A DNA stretch of 63,883 nt, the filler included, from Octopus bimaculoides (lineage: Eukaryota): NCBI RefSeq assembly GCF_001194135.2. It is 3 parts of 3 records of this genome, joined end to end, with 100 filler letters (N's around TTAATTAATTAA, not from the genome) between each part and the next. Parts side by side here need not be neighbours in the genome. Positions count along the whole stretch, not along the records: positions 1 to 23,065 come from NC_068983.1; positions 23,166 to 51,840 come from NC_068998.1; 1 more part is not named here. One strand, given 5' to 3'. The notes beneath the pieces were generated by a model. It was not told where the DNA came from and did no database searches. It worked only from the letters and a program-made list of their open reading frames with translations. Below, in pieces: positions 14,536-28,107 of this stretch. How positions within the stretch are numbered: the first letter of the stretch is position 1; the number at the start of each line of letters is the position of its first letter. The translations under genes were made by a program, and so were the position numbers.

Positions 14536-16219
14536 GCAAAGAGTTAAGGAACCTAACTCCTTAATGCTTTTTTCAGTAATAAAATTCAATGCTTCAAATG
14601 CTATTAATTGTATAAAGAAAATGACAGAATCAAGAGTCTGGATTGACTCAGAAGGTTTTTATGCTTCAACACTTTAGAATGTTTCCATTGGTTACTGCAA
14701 TGTTTTCAGTTGTCTTTTTAGACTTGTCAATAATGTTTTTTCCCCTCTTCATATTTATTTAGGGTTTATAGGGTTAAATAAGGATCATGTGCATACACAC
14801 ATGCAAACTTGTACACAAATACACACACAGAATGTGTTTGTATTCAAATATTAGTCTTTTCTTTTCTAGTGTTGAAAATTTTCATTTTTGGAGAAGAACT
14901 GCTGGCGCAAGTAATTTTAGTGTTAAATATTTAAATACCCTTTAAATTTAAATACCATTTAAATACTTGCTCAATAGTCTCAACAGTTACAGAAAGGAAT
15001 TGTCAATAAGAGATTTGCCAAAAGTATGCTGAGAGATGGAAATCACCATTAACAGATATTGATATTTAAACCACTTATTTTTTAAATATAAAAATTCAGT
15101 TTTGAAATATTAATTAATTTTCAAGATATATCATTACTATTTTTCTGGCCAGGATAACATATATGTTCAAACATTAACTAACATTTCTTAAAAGCGGTGA
15201 ATAATAATAATAATAATGGTCATATTTCTTGAAAAATGTTTTTCCAATAAAATCTCATTCATTCCTTCTGTTCCTTGCTCAAGTCTTGGTTACATTCTAT
15301 TTCAAATAAAACACAGAGAGACAGAAAAAAAGACATTTTTTTTTCTTTTGTTTTATATTGTACATTAATTTCATTATTTTGCTAAACATTTTTTTTGTTC
15401 TTTTATTTCTTCCAAATTTCTTTTTCCGACTCTCTTATCTCCATTTGATCCACAAACATTCATTCTCTCTCTCTCTCTCAATTTATTTTTGTTTCTGATT
15501 TGGTCTAGTCCTGCCTTTCTCTTTATCTTCTAATTTTCTTTCTCGCATTCTATTCTTTTCCCATCTCTCCATTAATTTTCCATTCCCCTTCTCTCTGTCA
15601 TATAAACAGTTACTCAAACTTTCACATTACCACTTTAACTTCTACTTTCTCTCCCTGTCTCTCTCACACACACACACACACACTCTCTCTCTCTCTCTCT
15701 GTCATTCCCCTTTTGGTTATCCTTCTACTCTTTCTTTTTTCCTTCTCACCACACCCAAGATGCTACCACCACCACCAGTGTTATTTTAACAACAATAGGA
15801 AGATATTCAATAGATAGATAGATAAATAGATATATATATACACACACACTCACAAACGTGTATGTATATATATATAGGATACACACAGTGTTATGTATAT
15901 GTATTTTGTGTCACATTGTAAACTGACAAAGGATAAAAGCGACAAGAATGAAGAAAAAACAATATTACAAACAAAAAAAATAAAACAACAAACGACACAT
16001 GCATTCAATAATTTCTTTGTTCTTTTTTTTTCTTTGTATCTTTCAACTCTCAAAAACATTGACAAAAGTTTAAAAAAAAAACAACAAAAATAAAATTAAA
16101 GAAAAACAACCCATTAAAATGGTTTGATATTTGAAAACAAAAACGAAATTAATAATAACAATAATAATTATGGATTCTTAGATAGACATGGCACCTCAGA
16201 TTCATATGGGATATAAATG

Positions 16220-16287
<68 letters not shown>

Positions 16288-16504
16288 AGAGAGAAAATGG
16301 AGGACAGGTGACATTCATGCATTTTTTCCCAAGGCTTTACTGACAGCGGTTCCTCATAAAAATTGAAACCCTTTTGCAGATTTTGCTTACCAACAGCCCC
16401 TATTTACTGTCACAGCACAATACCAGACAATGTACATTACAATAATTTTTCTTTCTATTATTTAATGATGATAAAAACAACAATAACAATATTTCTTTCT
16501 AATT

Positions 16505-16716
16505 TTGGTACAAACCCAGTAATTTTGAAAGGGAGTTGGGGGAAGTTAATTACATCAATCCCAGTGCTCAAGTGGTCCTTAATTTATCATCAAACCCAAA
16601 AGAATGAAAGACAAAGTTGACCTCAGCAAAATTTCAATTCCGAAATGTAAAAAGTTGGGAAAATACTGCAAGTCATTTTGTTAGCTGTGGTAACAATTCT
16701 ACCAGCACACCACCTC

Positions 16717-16755
<39 letters not shown>

Positions 16756-16935
16756 CCTTTCTACTAAAGGCACAAGGCCTGAAAGGTCTGGGCAGGGGAC
16801 TCGTCGATTATATCAACCCCAAAAGGATGAAAGATAAAGTCGAACTCAGAAGAATTTGAACTTAGAACATAGTGACAGATGGAATACCACTAAATATTCT
16901 ATCCGTCCTGCTAACAATTCTGTCAGCTTGCTGCC

Positions 16936-16989
<54 letters not shown>

Positions 16990-17164
16990 CATTTGCTCAT
17001 GAAGGTGGTACTCCAGCATGGCCTCGGCATTAGTGACTAAAACATAGTATAGTACTAAATACATAATGAAGTAAGTAGAATTTGACCAAAGGACACAATA
17101 GTGCCTACAAGCAAAATTTCATCCCCAGGCACAAGACAGAGTTGCTCTCTAATACAATCACGTG

Positions 17165-17201
<37 letters not shown>

Positions 17202-17554
17202 AATTGATGTCCAGTATTATGGCCCTGTGTTTTATCAGCCTTGGAAGGCGATGAAAAACAAAAGCTGACCTTGGCAGAATTTGAACTCAAAATGCATAGA
17301 TCCAAATGAAATACCAATTCTGCGATAAAAAAAAAACCCAGTTGAGACAATGTTACAAATACGAGTGAAGGGAAGAAAAGAATGATAAAGACTATGAAAA
17401 GAGACACAAAACTGTGATCCTGTTATATGACTGGTATTTCGTTTTATCAACCCTGGAGAAAAAGTCAAAGTTGATCTCATGAAGATTTGAGCCACATCTA
17501 AATACCATAAGGCATTTTGGATAATGCTCTAATAATTCTGTCAATCCAAATACC

Positions 17555-17586
<32 letters not shown>

Positions 17587-18090
17587 TATTATTATTATTT
17601 CATTTATTTGCCACAAGGGCAAAGGACGAGAGGGACAATACAAAAAATAACTCTTTATAGTATAGGCAAAAGGCCCGAAATTTTTGGGATACACTGACCC
17701 CAGTCCTTGACTAGTACTTATCGACCCCTAAAAGATGAAAAGTAAAGTCAATTGTAGCTTAATTTTAACTCAGAATGTATGGATAGATGACATGCAGTGG
17801 AGGTATTTTGTCTGGCATGGTAATGTTTCTGCTAGTTTGGCACCTTAATAGTAATAATAATAATATTTTTTTTTACTATAGGAACATGGTATGAAATTTT
17901 GGGGGAGGGGGGGGACTTCTTGATAACATTGATCCCCGGTAGTCAACTGGTACTTATTTTATTGGCCCTGAAAAGATGAAAGGCAAATTTAACCACAATG
18001 GAATTTGAACTCAGAACGTAAAGCCAGCCAGAAGACATGTTGTGAAGCATTTTATCTGGCTTAATAATAATAATAATAATAATAATAATT
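16505..18090 (-). mobile_element. Train of about six family B SINE copies and fragments interleaved with (TAA)n
   Basis: Repeated gaaaggcaaagttgacc...atttgaactcag cores near 16610, 16840, 17265, 17460, 17740 and 17980. Confidence 0.75.
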
Positions 18091-18650
18091 TTTTTTATTT
18101 TCAATCCTTTAGTTTCTTTAGTTTAACCAAAAATACATGGAACCTCCAACCGAAAAAATAAAATAAAATAATAATAAAAAGGTATCGGAGTGATTTTGAG
18201 ATATCTATTAATCCATTGCAGCAAAGTAATTAATATTTTAATGCTTTAATGATATAAGTATCTCAATTGCTAAACAACAATATCATCTTAATTAGTTTTG
18301 ATGTTAATTAATACTCACTTATCTGACCATTTCACAGACACATATACACTTCACTTAATTCACAGGCAGAACTTGCATGACGCGAGGTGTGACAATGCTG
18401 TAGCTTTGAATTACATTTACAATCTATCTGTTGGGTTTCAGTACAGTTTCTGTCTACCAAGGTGCCATACATTGAGATTGAACCTAGGATAGGACTTCAT
18501 GAATCTGAAACAAACTTCTTAACTATTTGGCCACATAGTCTCCATCAAGAAAGTACAACTCCAACACATATATATGTGCATGCATATATATAAGTTATGT
18601 AGCAATCTTCTCTAACTACAGTTATCATATTCAGTTAAAATGTCTTACAG

Positions 18651-18722
18651 TTAAGCTGGTTCCTATGTATTTCCCTGAAGAGAAAATTACATCCTTATCA
18701 ACATCACCTATTCCTATGGAAG
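18651..18722 (+). CDS. Gene L candidate 72-nt symmetric exon, VKLVPMYFPEEKITSLSTSPIPME+G (phase 1 to 1)
   Basis: Acceptor aatgtcttacag|, donor AAG|GTATAA, open frame continuous with the chain. Confidence 0.45.
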
Positions 18723-18800
18723 GTATAATTTGTAATCTTCGAAACATATGTTGGAAATAAAAGAATTCATTTAACATATGCGTTTTACTCCATTTACTAA

Positions 18801-18840
<40 letters not shown>

Positions 18841-18888
18841 GTGCATACATGTACACATATATATATACATACAAATATACATATATTT

Positions 18889-18951
<63 letters not shown>

Positions 18952-19412
18952 NNNNNNNNNNTATATATATATATATATATAGGGAGAATTCACAAAAAAA
19001 ACAACAGATGAAGACAGGTGTATATATATATATATACACATACATACATATACATATATATAGATATACATACACATACATATATATACACATAAATATA
19101 TAATTAAATATATTTATACCACAGTGTAGCCTGTTATCAACTCAAGGAACTAAAAATAAAGAGAACAACTGTTTTGATAGCATTACAACCACGTGACTGT
19201 AGCTGAGCGATAGAGGCTTAAACACCTAGAAGCCATTTTGAATTTCTTTTAAACCCTCCACTCTGTCCTTGAACAACTGACAAGGTGGATGTGCCCTATG
19301 TGAAACGTTGAGTCAAACTGTTATTATGTACATATGACTCCAACCAAATGTGTTCAGTGCTTTCTTTCTTTCATTTGTTTATACACTCACTCTCTATTGC
19401 TCCCCCTCTCTT

Positions 19413-19474
<62 letters not shown>

Positions 19475-19990
19475 NNNNNNNNNNNNNNNNNNNNNNNNNN
19501 NNNNNNNNNNNNNNNNNNNNNNNNNNNNNNNNNNNNNNNNNNNNNNNNNNNNNNNNNNNNNNNNNNNNNNNNNNNNNNNNNNNNNNNNNNNNNNNNNNNN
19601 NNNNNNNNNNNNNNNNNNNNNNNNNNNNNNNNNNNNNNNNNNNNNNNNNNNNNNNNNNNNNNNNNNNNNNNNNNNNNNNNNNNNNNNNNNNNNNNNNNNN
19701 NNNNNNNNNNNNNNNNNNNNNNNNNNNNNNNNNNNNNNNNNNNNNNNNNNNNNNNNNNNNNNNNNNNNNNNNNNTGTGGTTGGTAAGCAAGCTACTTACC
19801 ACACAGCCACTCCTGCACCTGTATATATAAACATATATATATTATCAGTTTTATAAATGAGATCAAGTTGGAGTTAGTGGAACTGTGACTTTAGTTTCAA
19901 CCAGTTACAGAGGGTTGCACTGATATATTTTACAAAACAGTTTATGAGATTCTTCATATATCATATTCCTTGTGTCCTTGTCTCTCCAAG

Positions 19991-20010
19991 AGGTTGCAAG
20001 GAATATATAA
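19991..20010 (+). CDS. Gene L candidate last coding exon, EVARNI*
   Basis: Strong pyrimidine-rich acceptor ttccttgtgtccttgtctctccaag|, in-frame TAA at 20008-20010. CpG depletion ends shortly downstream. Confidence 0.35.
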
Positions 20011-20409
20011 ACAACAGTGAAAAATGAAAAAAAGAAAAAAAGGAGAGTTGGCTCTGTACATGATTGCTTGATCTGAGAGAGAAATATGCAGTAAAATTCT
20101 AGAAATAGAATAGTGACTGACCCTCCCTTGAATTAAGCCTCACTGTTTCAGGAAAAACGGACAAATACATTGCTTAACACAGCTGGAGTTCTTTTGATCC
20201 TAGATCAGCCTGATTAAAGGTGAACTGGGGTCAAATAACAACAAATACAACAACAACAACAACACAAGTGACAATGAGCCATTAAGTGGTAATTTGAGCT
20301 GTTGTTAGAAATAGAAGTTAAATCTGTCGAATTCAGATAGCATATAACAGTAAATAGACAGGCAGAGGATAATAAAAATTATTGATAGACTATGTCTGAG
20401 GTGTGGGGC

Positions 20410-20440
<31 letters not shown>

Positions 20441-21868
20441 AAAAAATCAACCAAACAAACAAACAAAAAAGAAAATGCCTTTGAAACTAGGTTGGCTGGA
20501 TCAAGTCTGACAGTGAGGGAGACCTCTAATCAACAAAAACAACAATAACAGCTATAGCTGTTAAGTTTTTTCCTAGACAATGAAACAAAACAAACAGTGG
20601 GAGCAGCTTATCTCTGCACTCTGCTGATAAACAGAAATGAAGTGTTACCAATTTCTATTTTCATTTATCTCAATTCAAAATCTCTTTGTTCTCAGTAAAT
20701 TTCAAAGTTATCTGGTCCTTTCTTTCTTCCTTTATTTCTTTCCATCTTTTTGTCATTTTTTTTTTGGCTTCAATTCAAAACAAGGGAGGGGCAGTTTATA
20801 TGCCTAATTCTTCTCTACCCCCTTCCCCACCCCCAACTCACAGCTAGATAGTTATTCATTCAGTGTTAATACAAATCAATAAACATCTGAATAAAAAGCT
20901 ACAGAGCATCAATAATACAATTTCAGCAATTAAACTTCTTTTTTTTTCTTTTTTTTACTTTGTCATTACACATTGTATGTCTGTATCTCTGATTAATCAT
21001 CATCATCATTATTATTATTATNNNNNNNNNNNNNNNNNNNNNNNNNNNNNNNNNNNNNNNNNNNNNNNNNNNNNNNNNNNNNNNNNNNNNNNNNNNNNNN
21101 NNNNNNNNNNNNNNNNNNNNNNNNNNNNNNNNNNNNNNNNNNNNNNNNNNNNNNNNNNNNNNNNNNNNNNNNNNNNNNNNNNNNNNNNNNNNNNNNNNNN
21201 NNNNNNNNNNNNNNNNNNNNNNNNNNNNNNNNNNNNNNNNNNNNNNNNNNNNNNNNNNNNNNNNNNNNNNNNNNNNNNNNNNNNNNNNNNNNNNNNNNNN
21301 NNNNNNNNNNNNNNNNNNNNNNNNNNNNNNNNNNNNNNNNNNNNNNNNNNNNNNNNNNNNNNNNNNNNNNNNNNNNNNNNNNNNNNNNNNNNNNNNNNNN
21401 NNNNNNNNNNNNNNNNNNNNNNNNNNNNNNNNNNNNNNNNNNNNNNNNNNNNNNNNNNNNNNNNNNNNNNNNNNNNNNNNNNNNNNNNNNNNNNNNNNNN
21501 NNNNNNNNNNNNNNNNNNNNNNNNNNNNNNNNNNNNNNNNNNNNNNNNNNNNNNNNNNNNNNNNNNNNNNNNNNNNNNNNNNNNNNNNNNNNNNNNNNNN
21601 NNNNNNNNNNNNNNNNNNNNNNNNNNNNNNNNNNNNNNNNNNNNNNNNNNNNNNNNNNNNNNNNNNNNNNNNNNNNNNNNNNNNNNNNNNNNNNNNNNNN
21701 NNNNNNNNNNNNNNNNNNNNNNNNNNNNNNNNNNNNNNNNNNNNNNNNNNNNNNNNNNNNNNNNNNNNNNNNNNNNNNNNNNNNNNNNNNNNNNNNNNNN
21801 NNNNNNNNNNNNNNNNNNNNNNNNNNNNNNNNNNNNNNNNNNNNNNNNNNNNNNNNNNNNNNNNNNNN

Positions 21869-21909
<41 letters not shown>

Positions 21910-22673
21910 TCTATATCTTTTGTGTTGACACATTTGTAAAACTACAACCTAGAGGCATACACAATTGACAGAACAGAGTCTAGCCCGACCCAATCCTAGC
22001 TCATAGGAGTATATTCTTCTGCTTTACTCTTTTACCCAAATAACATAGCTGAGAACAGCATTTCTCTATGCTTTTGTTATAGCATTAACATTTTTCTATA
22101 TGCTATGTATATTTTATTTTGAAGTTAATGATATTGTTTTGCATGTTACGTGTATGTTCATTCGTCAAATTAAAAGAGAGAGCATTTGCTCTCTTGTTTT
22201 TAATTGTTAGTCTTTACATACAGTGCATAATTACAGCAAACATACCACACACAAATACACACAGACACACACAAAGACACACACACACACACACACAGAG
22301 GGTGTTCTCAAAAGAATGCTTGATTTTTAAAATCAGCTATCACCTATCTGTTTTGTATTTATGCAAATTTATACTACTCTCAAACATTGTTGCATCAGTA
22401 AATCTAGGCAATATCATTGTGACATCTAGTGCATATGTGTGTGTGCGTGTATGCACACACACACACATGTATATATCCATCATTTATTTATACACACCAT
22501 GTATACAAACTTAAGTACAGACAAAATACCATATTAGTGAAGTTTTCATAATTTCATCTCTCTCTCTGTCTCTCTCTGTTCACTGCAAAATGTAATCGCT
22601 TATCCACTGAAAGACATCACATTAAAGAACATGGGATGCTAAGATCAGCTCTCTCTACCAGTCAATCTCTTTT

Positions 22674-22739
<66 letters not shown>

Positions 22740-22944
22740 CACACATGCATATGCATACGTACATACATACATATATATATATATACATATATACACAAAC
22801 ATACATATACATACGTATATATACACACACATACATATACACACACATACATATACATACATATATATACACATACATACCTACACATACATATATGTAT
22901 ACGCACACACATATATATACATACACACACACATATATACATAC

Positions 22945-22976
<32 letters not shown>

Positions 22977-23109
22977 AATTATTAAAGCAATAGAAGCAAT
23001 ATTAATACTAAAAGGTAAAATTATATATATATATATATATATATTTAAAATATATATACATATATNNNNNNNNNNNNNNNNNNNNNNNNNNNNNNNNNNN
23101 NNNNNNNNN

Positions 23110-23121
23110 TTAATTAATTAA
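23110..23121. other. Assembly linker TTAATTAATTAA inside a 100-bp gap (44N+12+44N)
   Basis: Palindromic 12-mer with TAA in all six frames. An identical construct sits at 51885-51896. Confidence 0.92.
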
Positions 23122-23165
23122 NNNNNNNNNNNNNNNNNNNNNNNNNNNNNNNNNNNNNNNNNNNN

Positions 23166-23200
<35 letters not shown>

Positions 23201-23759
23201 CATAGACGTATATGTTTCTGCACTACTCTTCACATGCATTAATACACGGACAAAATTACCTCCACATAAAAACCCTTTGTATTGAGGTATGACTGGTATA
23301 TGTATGACGATATGTATACGTATTCATCAATGTTAGTGTACGCGTGTTATGTGTGCACCAGTATGTGTGAATGTTTGTATGTATGTATATATGTATGTAT
23401 GTATACATATTTATGATCTCAGAGTTTATGCGAAAGTTTATGTGACAAAAATAGTAACACGGAGACATGGTCAGTCTGAGCGTACTTGAATCGTATTTCT
23501 GCTACTGTTATTCAAGAGGTAAGGAGTGTTTTAAAACCAGGCAACTGATGACGTCAATAAACAGAGTACAGCTACAGTCCAACCAAAAGATTTTTTCACA
23601 TTAATCTATCTACCAAATTGAACTCATAAGTTGACTTTATCTAAGTTTATGGTAGAGGAGTCAAGACTAAAATACTGTTCAGCAGGATCGAACTAAGAAT
23701 ATGTTATCATTGCATGGAAAACACCACCGCCCACACAGTCACATATATACATACATAGA

Positions 23760-23822
<63 letters not shown>

Positions 23823-23968
23823 TAAAAGAGTTCCAACTCTGTCTGTTTTTTATGTTTTATTTATATTCTTATAAAATTAATGTGGGATATAGAATATGGA
23901 ATATATAATATAAATAGTAAAATGAAATGACGTATTGAATGTCTTATTGAATATATGAAAGATTGAGT

Positions 23969-24096
23969 ATTAAATATACAGTATTAAATATATAAGGACT
24001 AGTATACTTTCCTGCCTTATGGCAGTCATCAAGTTCTGACTGCCATGAGGCAGGAAAGTACACTAGTTCTTATATATTTAATACTCTATATTTAAT
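23969..24096. repeat. Near-perfect palindrome: 60-bp arms, 8-nt loop
   Basis: 23969-24028 versus the reverse complement of 24037-24096 differ at only four positions. Confidence 0.9.
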
Positions 24097-25434
24097 ATAT
24101 TTTAGTATACATACCTTATAAATTAGCGTTTCGACAATAAAATAGCTGTATATATGTATATACGTATGGCTTCAACACTGTTCACCATTTCTCAAGTATT
24201 AGTGACTCACTAAGTAGTTATCAGCGGGAAACTTTCGTTTAGTAGAAGAAAATCAAAACAAGCTGATACGCAATGGGATCGAACCTGACAATCACACATT
24301 CATGCCGGCACTAGATATATATAACTGATGACGAAGACGATATGTAATTAAGAAATACAGGCAAAGTTGCTATATTGACATTATAAAATCCTTAGCCCCC
24401 AGGAGATGCATATTTATTGAGCAGGCATAGTCTTAAAACATTATAATATCAATAAGGGATATAAGATGTCTGCAATTATAGAAAAATGACAAAATAAAAC
24501 CGCAGTAAGAAAACATGGCGACTGGCAAACAATAGTAATATATTGAGAAAGGCTAGCGCTATTAAACCGATATGGCAGAAATGAGAAATGAAAATGGCAA
24601 TAAAGACAAAGACAAACACACACACACACACACACACATAGCTGATTTTATTTCTATCTTTCTACCTGCCCACGTATTCCTCCATTCATTGTTGCATACA
24701 TTTGTGCGTTCATGCATACATTGTGATGAAGGTATGTCTATATTTATCTAGCTGCCGAACAATCTATCTCTATGCTTATCTCTGTCTCCCTCCATATCTC
24801 AAGTCCCCATACCAACATTATACGTAGAATATATACATCTAAACATCTTACCCCATGCCTACTTAAATACCTATAAATATATCTCAAAGTACCTACCTAC
24901 CTGCCTACCTACATACCTCCCTAACTATGAACCTTCCGTTTTATCGAACAATTTATCGATCCCAAAATTCGTGTATACGTGCTTGCATACCGTTCTACAA
25001 GTATATAACAAACTGCCCTTTTACACATATATGTATACACACACACACACACCCACACACACACACACATACACACACACACACACATANNNNNNNNNNN
25101 NNNNNNNNNNNNNNNNNNNNNNNNNNNNNNNNNNNNNNNNNNNNNNNNNNNNNNNNNNNNNNNNNNNNNNNNNNNNNNNNNNNNNNNNNNNNNNNNNNNN
25201 NNNNNNNNNNNNNNNNNNNNNNNNNNNNNNNNNNNNNNNNNNNNNNNNNNNNNNNNNNNNNNNNNNNNNNNNNNNNNNNNNNNNNNNNNNNNNNNNNNNN
25301 NNNNNNNNNNNNNNNNNNNNNNNNNNNNNNNNNNNNNNNNNNNNNNNNNNNNNNNNNNNNNNNNNNNNNNNNNNNNNNNNNNNNNNNNNNNNNNNNNNNN
25401 NNNNNNNNNNNNNNNNNNNNNNNNNNNNNNNNNN

Positions 25435-25467
<33 letters not shown>

Positions 25468-26279
25468 GTACATATATACATAGATGTATGCGTTTACTTA
25501 CACGCATCCACACCGGCATCCAATCATATCTCACCTCCATACAAATACTCACCACTCTTAGACAAATATAATATATATGTTTACAAAACTCAGTAGAGCC
25601 AGAAGCTAAGAGATTCCAAAATGACAAGAATTAATTTCCTCGGCATGAACAATGGAACCACTCCAAGCACACACACACAGAAAATATATACATACACACA
25701 CATAGGCAAGATATACATACACACACACAGACAAGATATACATATACACACACAGACAAGATATACATATACACACACTCTCTCACACACACTCCCACAC
25801 ACATGTTGGTACAAATGAGAAAGAGACAGGCACACTCACATATGCGTGTGTATGTGTGTATAAGTGTCGGTATGGTTTCGGGTTAGTGTTTATGAATAGT
25901 TTATTGGTTATAGTCTCGTATATGTTTCACCCCCCCCCNNNNNNNNNNNNNNNNNNNNNNNNNNNNNNNNNNNNNNNNNNNNNNNNNNNNNNNNNNNNNN
26001 NNNNNNNNNNNNNNNNNNNNNNNNNNNNNNNNNNNNNNNNNNNNNNNNNNNNNNNNNNNNNNNNNNNNNNNNNNNNNNNNNNNNNNNNNNNNNNNNNNNN
26101 NNNNNNNNNNNNNNNNNNNNNNNNNNNNNNNNNNNNNNNNNNNNNNNNNNNNNNNNNNNNNNNNNNNNNNNNNNNNNNNNNNNNNNNNNNNNNNNNNNNN
26201 NNNNNNNNNNNNNNNNNNNNNNNNNNNNNNNNNNNNNNNNNNNNNNNNNNNNNNNNNNNNNNNNNNNNNNNNNNNNNNN

Positions 26280-26314
<35 letters not shown>

Positions 26315-27768
26315 AACAACTTATTACAATTCAGGCAATAGTGTGTACACTTTACAGGAAGGAAATGGAGCATGAGTGAAGCTATTTAGTCGGAGTTGGC
26401 AGGGTCCGGTCAAATATGGAGGTTGTGATAATTACAATGGCGAACACAAGGAGTTCAATGGGAGTGAAAGGAAACAATTAGGTATCTTGCCAAACAAGTA
26501 AGCTGATGCAGACGACATATTGCCAGCAGAAAAAGTCTTCAGATTGAAAATGGTGTAAATATATCTGAAGCAGTCGGTTTTGGAATCCAACGCGCTTTGG
26601 CAGAAATGGAAATAGCTGAAAAATGAAAGCGATCGTGTAGTATGTCTTGGAGAGTGAAGAACGCACTAAAGTGCTTGTATTTCTTCCCGAAAACTGGGTG
26701 GGATGAAAATAAGACGACTCAGTGCAGCCCTTTTGGTACCACTCAATTGGCGTCGCTGATTCGACACTGCATTATTTGAGATCTAACGTTTTATTGTCTC
26801 TCTTGTTCTCTTACTCCTTAACTCTCATTCCTCTTTCTTTTTCTCTTATGTGTGTGAGCGTATTTCTTTTATGTATATGAAGGATGGGGGAAGATTTTAC
26901 GTCAGTCGTATTCCATTAATAAATTGTAACCTCTCTCTCTTTCTCTCCCCTTTCGCTATCTCTCATTCTTTGCGTTTGTCTAAATATACGACAGAGCTCT
27001 TTCAGTTTCCGTTTGCCAAATTACCACATCCATTCACTCACAAGGCTTTGGTCAGCCCTTGGATATGGTTAAAGACATTTTCCCAAGGTGCCACGCAGGG
27101 GGGGGGGGGCTGAACAAGGAACCATGTGGTTGGGTAGCACTCTTCTTAAGACGCAGCCATATAATTCAAACATAAACATATTAATCTTTATTTGTTTCAA
27201 CCTAAGATGACATTGTGGTAGCAAGAGAAGAAATATTCTGCTGCATTTAAATCAATACATCCCCCCACACACATACACATATATTGTGTGTGTGTGTGTA
27301 TGGGGGAGTTGTGTGTGTGTGTGTATGTGTGTGTATGCATGAGTATTTGTGTTTGCATAAATATATATAATTATATATATATATGCAGGCATCTATCCAT
27401 ATACGCATGTATGTTTCTATATGTATTTGTGTATATATGTATATATGTGTGTGCGCATGCCTGCGTGTGTGTTTGTGTGTGTGTGTATACATATTCATCT
27501 ACTTTGAAAATATATTGAAAATCATCATTGTAGTGTAGTCTTTATGAACGTCTGATAACATTCTAGAACATACACAAACACACACAATCGAGCATCACGC
27601 ACTCTATCACACAGGCACATCTAGTATTGATTGTTGTACGGTCACATTTAATTATTTATCTGTATACATAGCATATTAGGACCCACCTTGGCTCGTTGCC
27701 TGAAGGTTTCAAGCAACAAAGATAAATATAATATGGAGTTGAAAGTTCTATGTTTGACAAAAGGAAAA

Positions 27769-27801
<33 letters not shown>

Positions 27802-28107
27802 AAACGTATTGTTTGATATCTAATGCCTAAAAAAAATATATATCTTTCATGGAAACGTGGTGATCTGATATTTTGGTTGCTGATAAATAAATCAAAAGGA
27901 AGATTCATAATCAATATTTATGAATCTGGGAATCGAAATATTTCGATGGAAGAAAACAAATATTTAAATAACCAATGAAAACTCGTATTCTTGTAACTGT
28001 TCTTTCTACCGTTGGCACATGTCCAATAAAGTTTACGAGGAATGCAAAGAAAGTAGGAAATTACTTCTCCCCATTTATATACCACTGGAGCATTATTACT
28101 GGTACAT

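Noticed and set aside
23110-23121. TTAATTAATTAA isolated between N runs (also 51885-51896)
   Set aside because: A synthetic six-frame stop linker in a 100-bp placeholder gap, not biology.
23467-23518. ATG...GAG|GTAAGG mini exon MVSLSVLESYFCYCYSR as a possible paralogue first exon
   Set aside because: Not a convincing signal peptide, no TATA box, and no Cys-rich downstream exons found.
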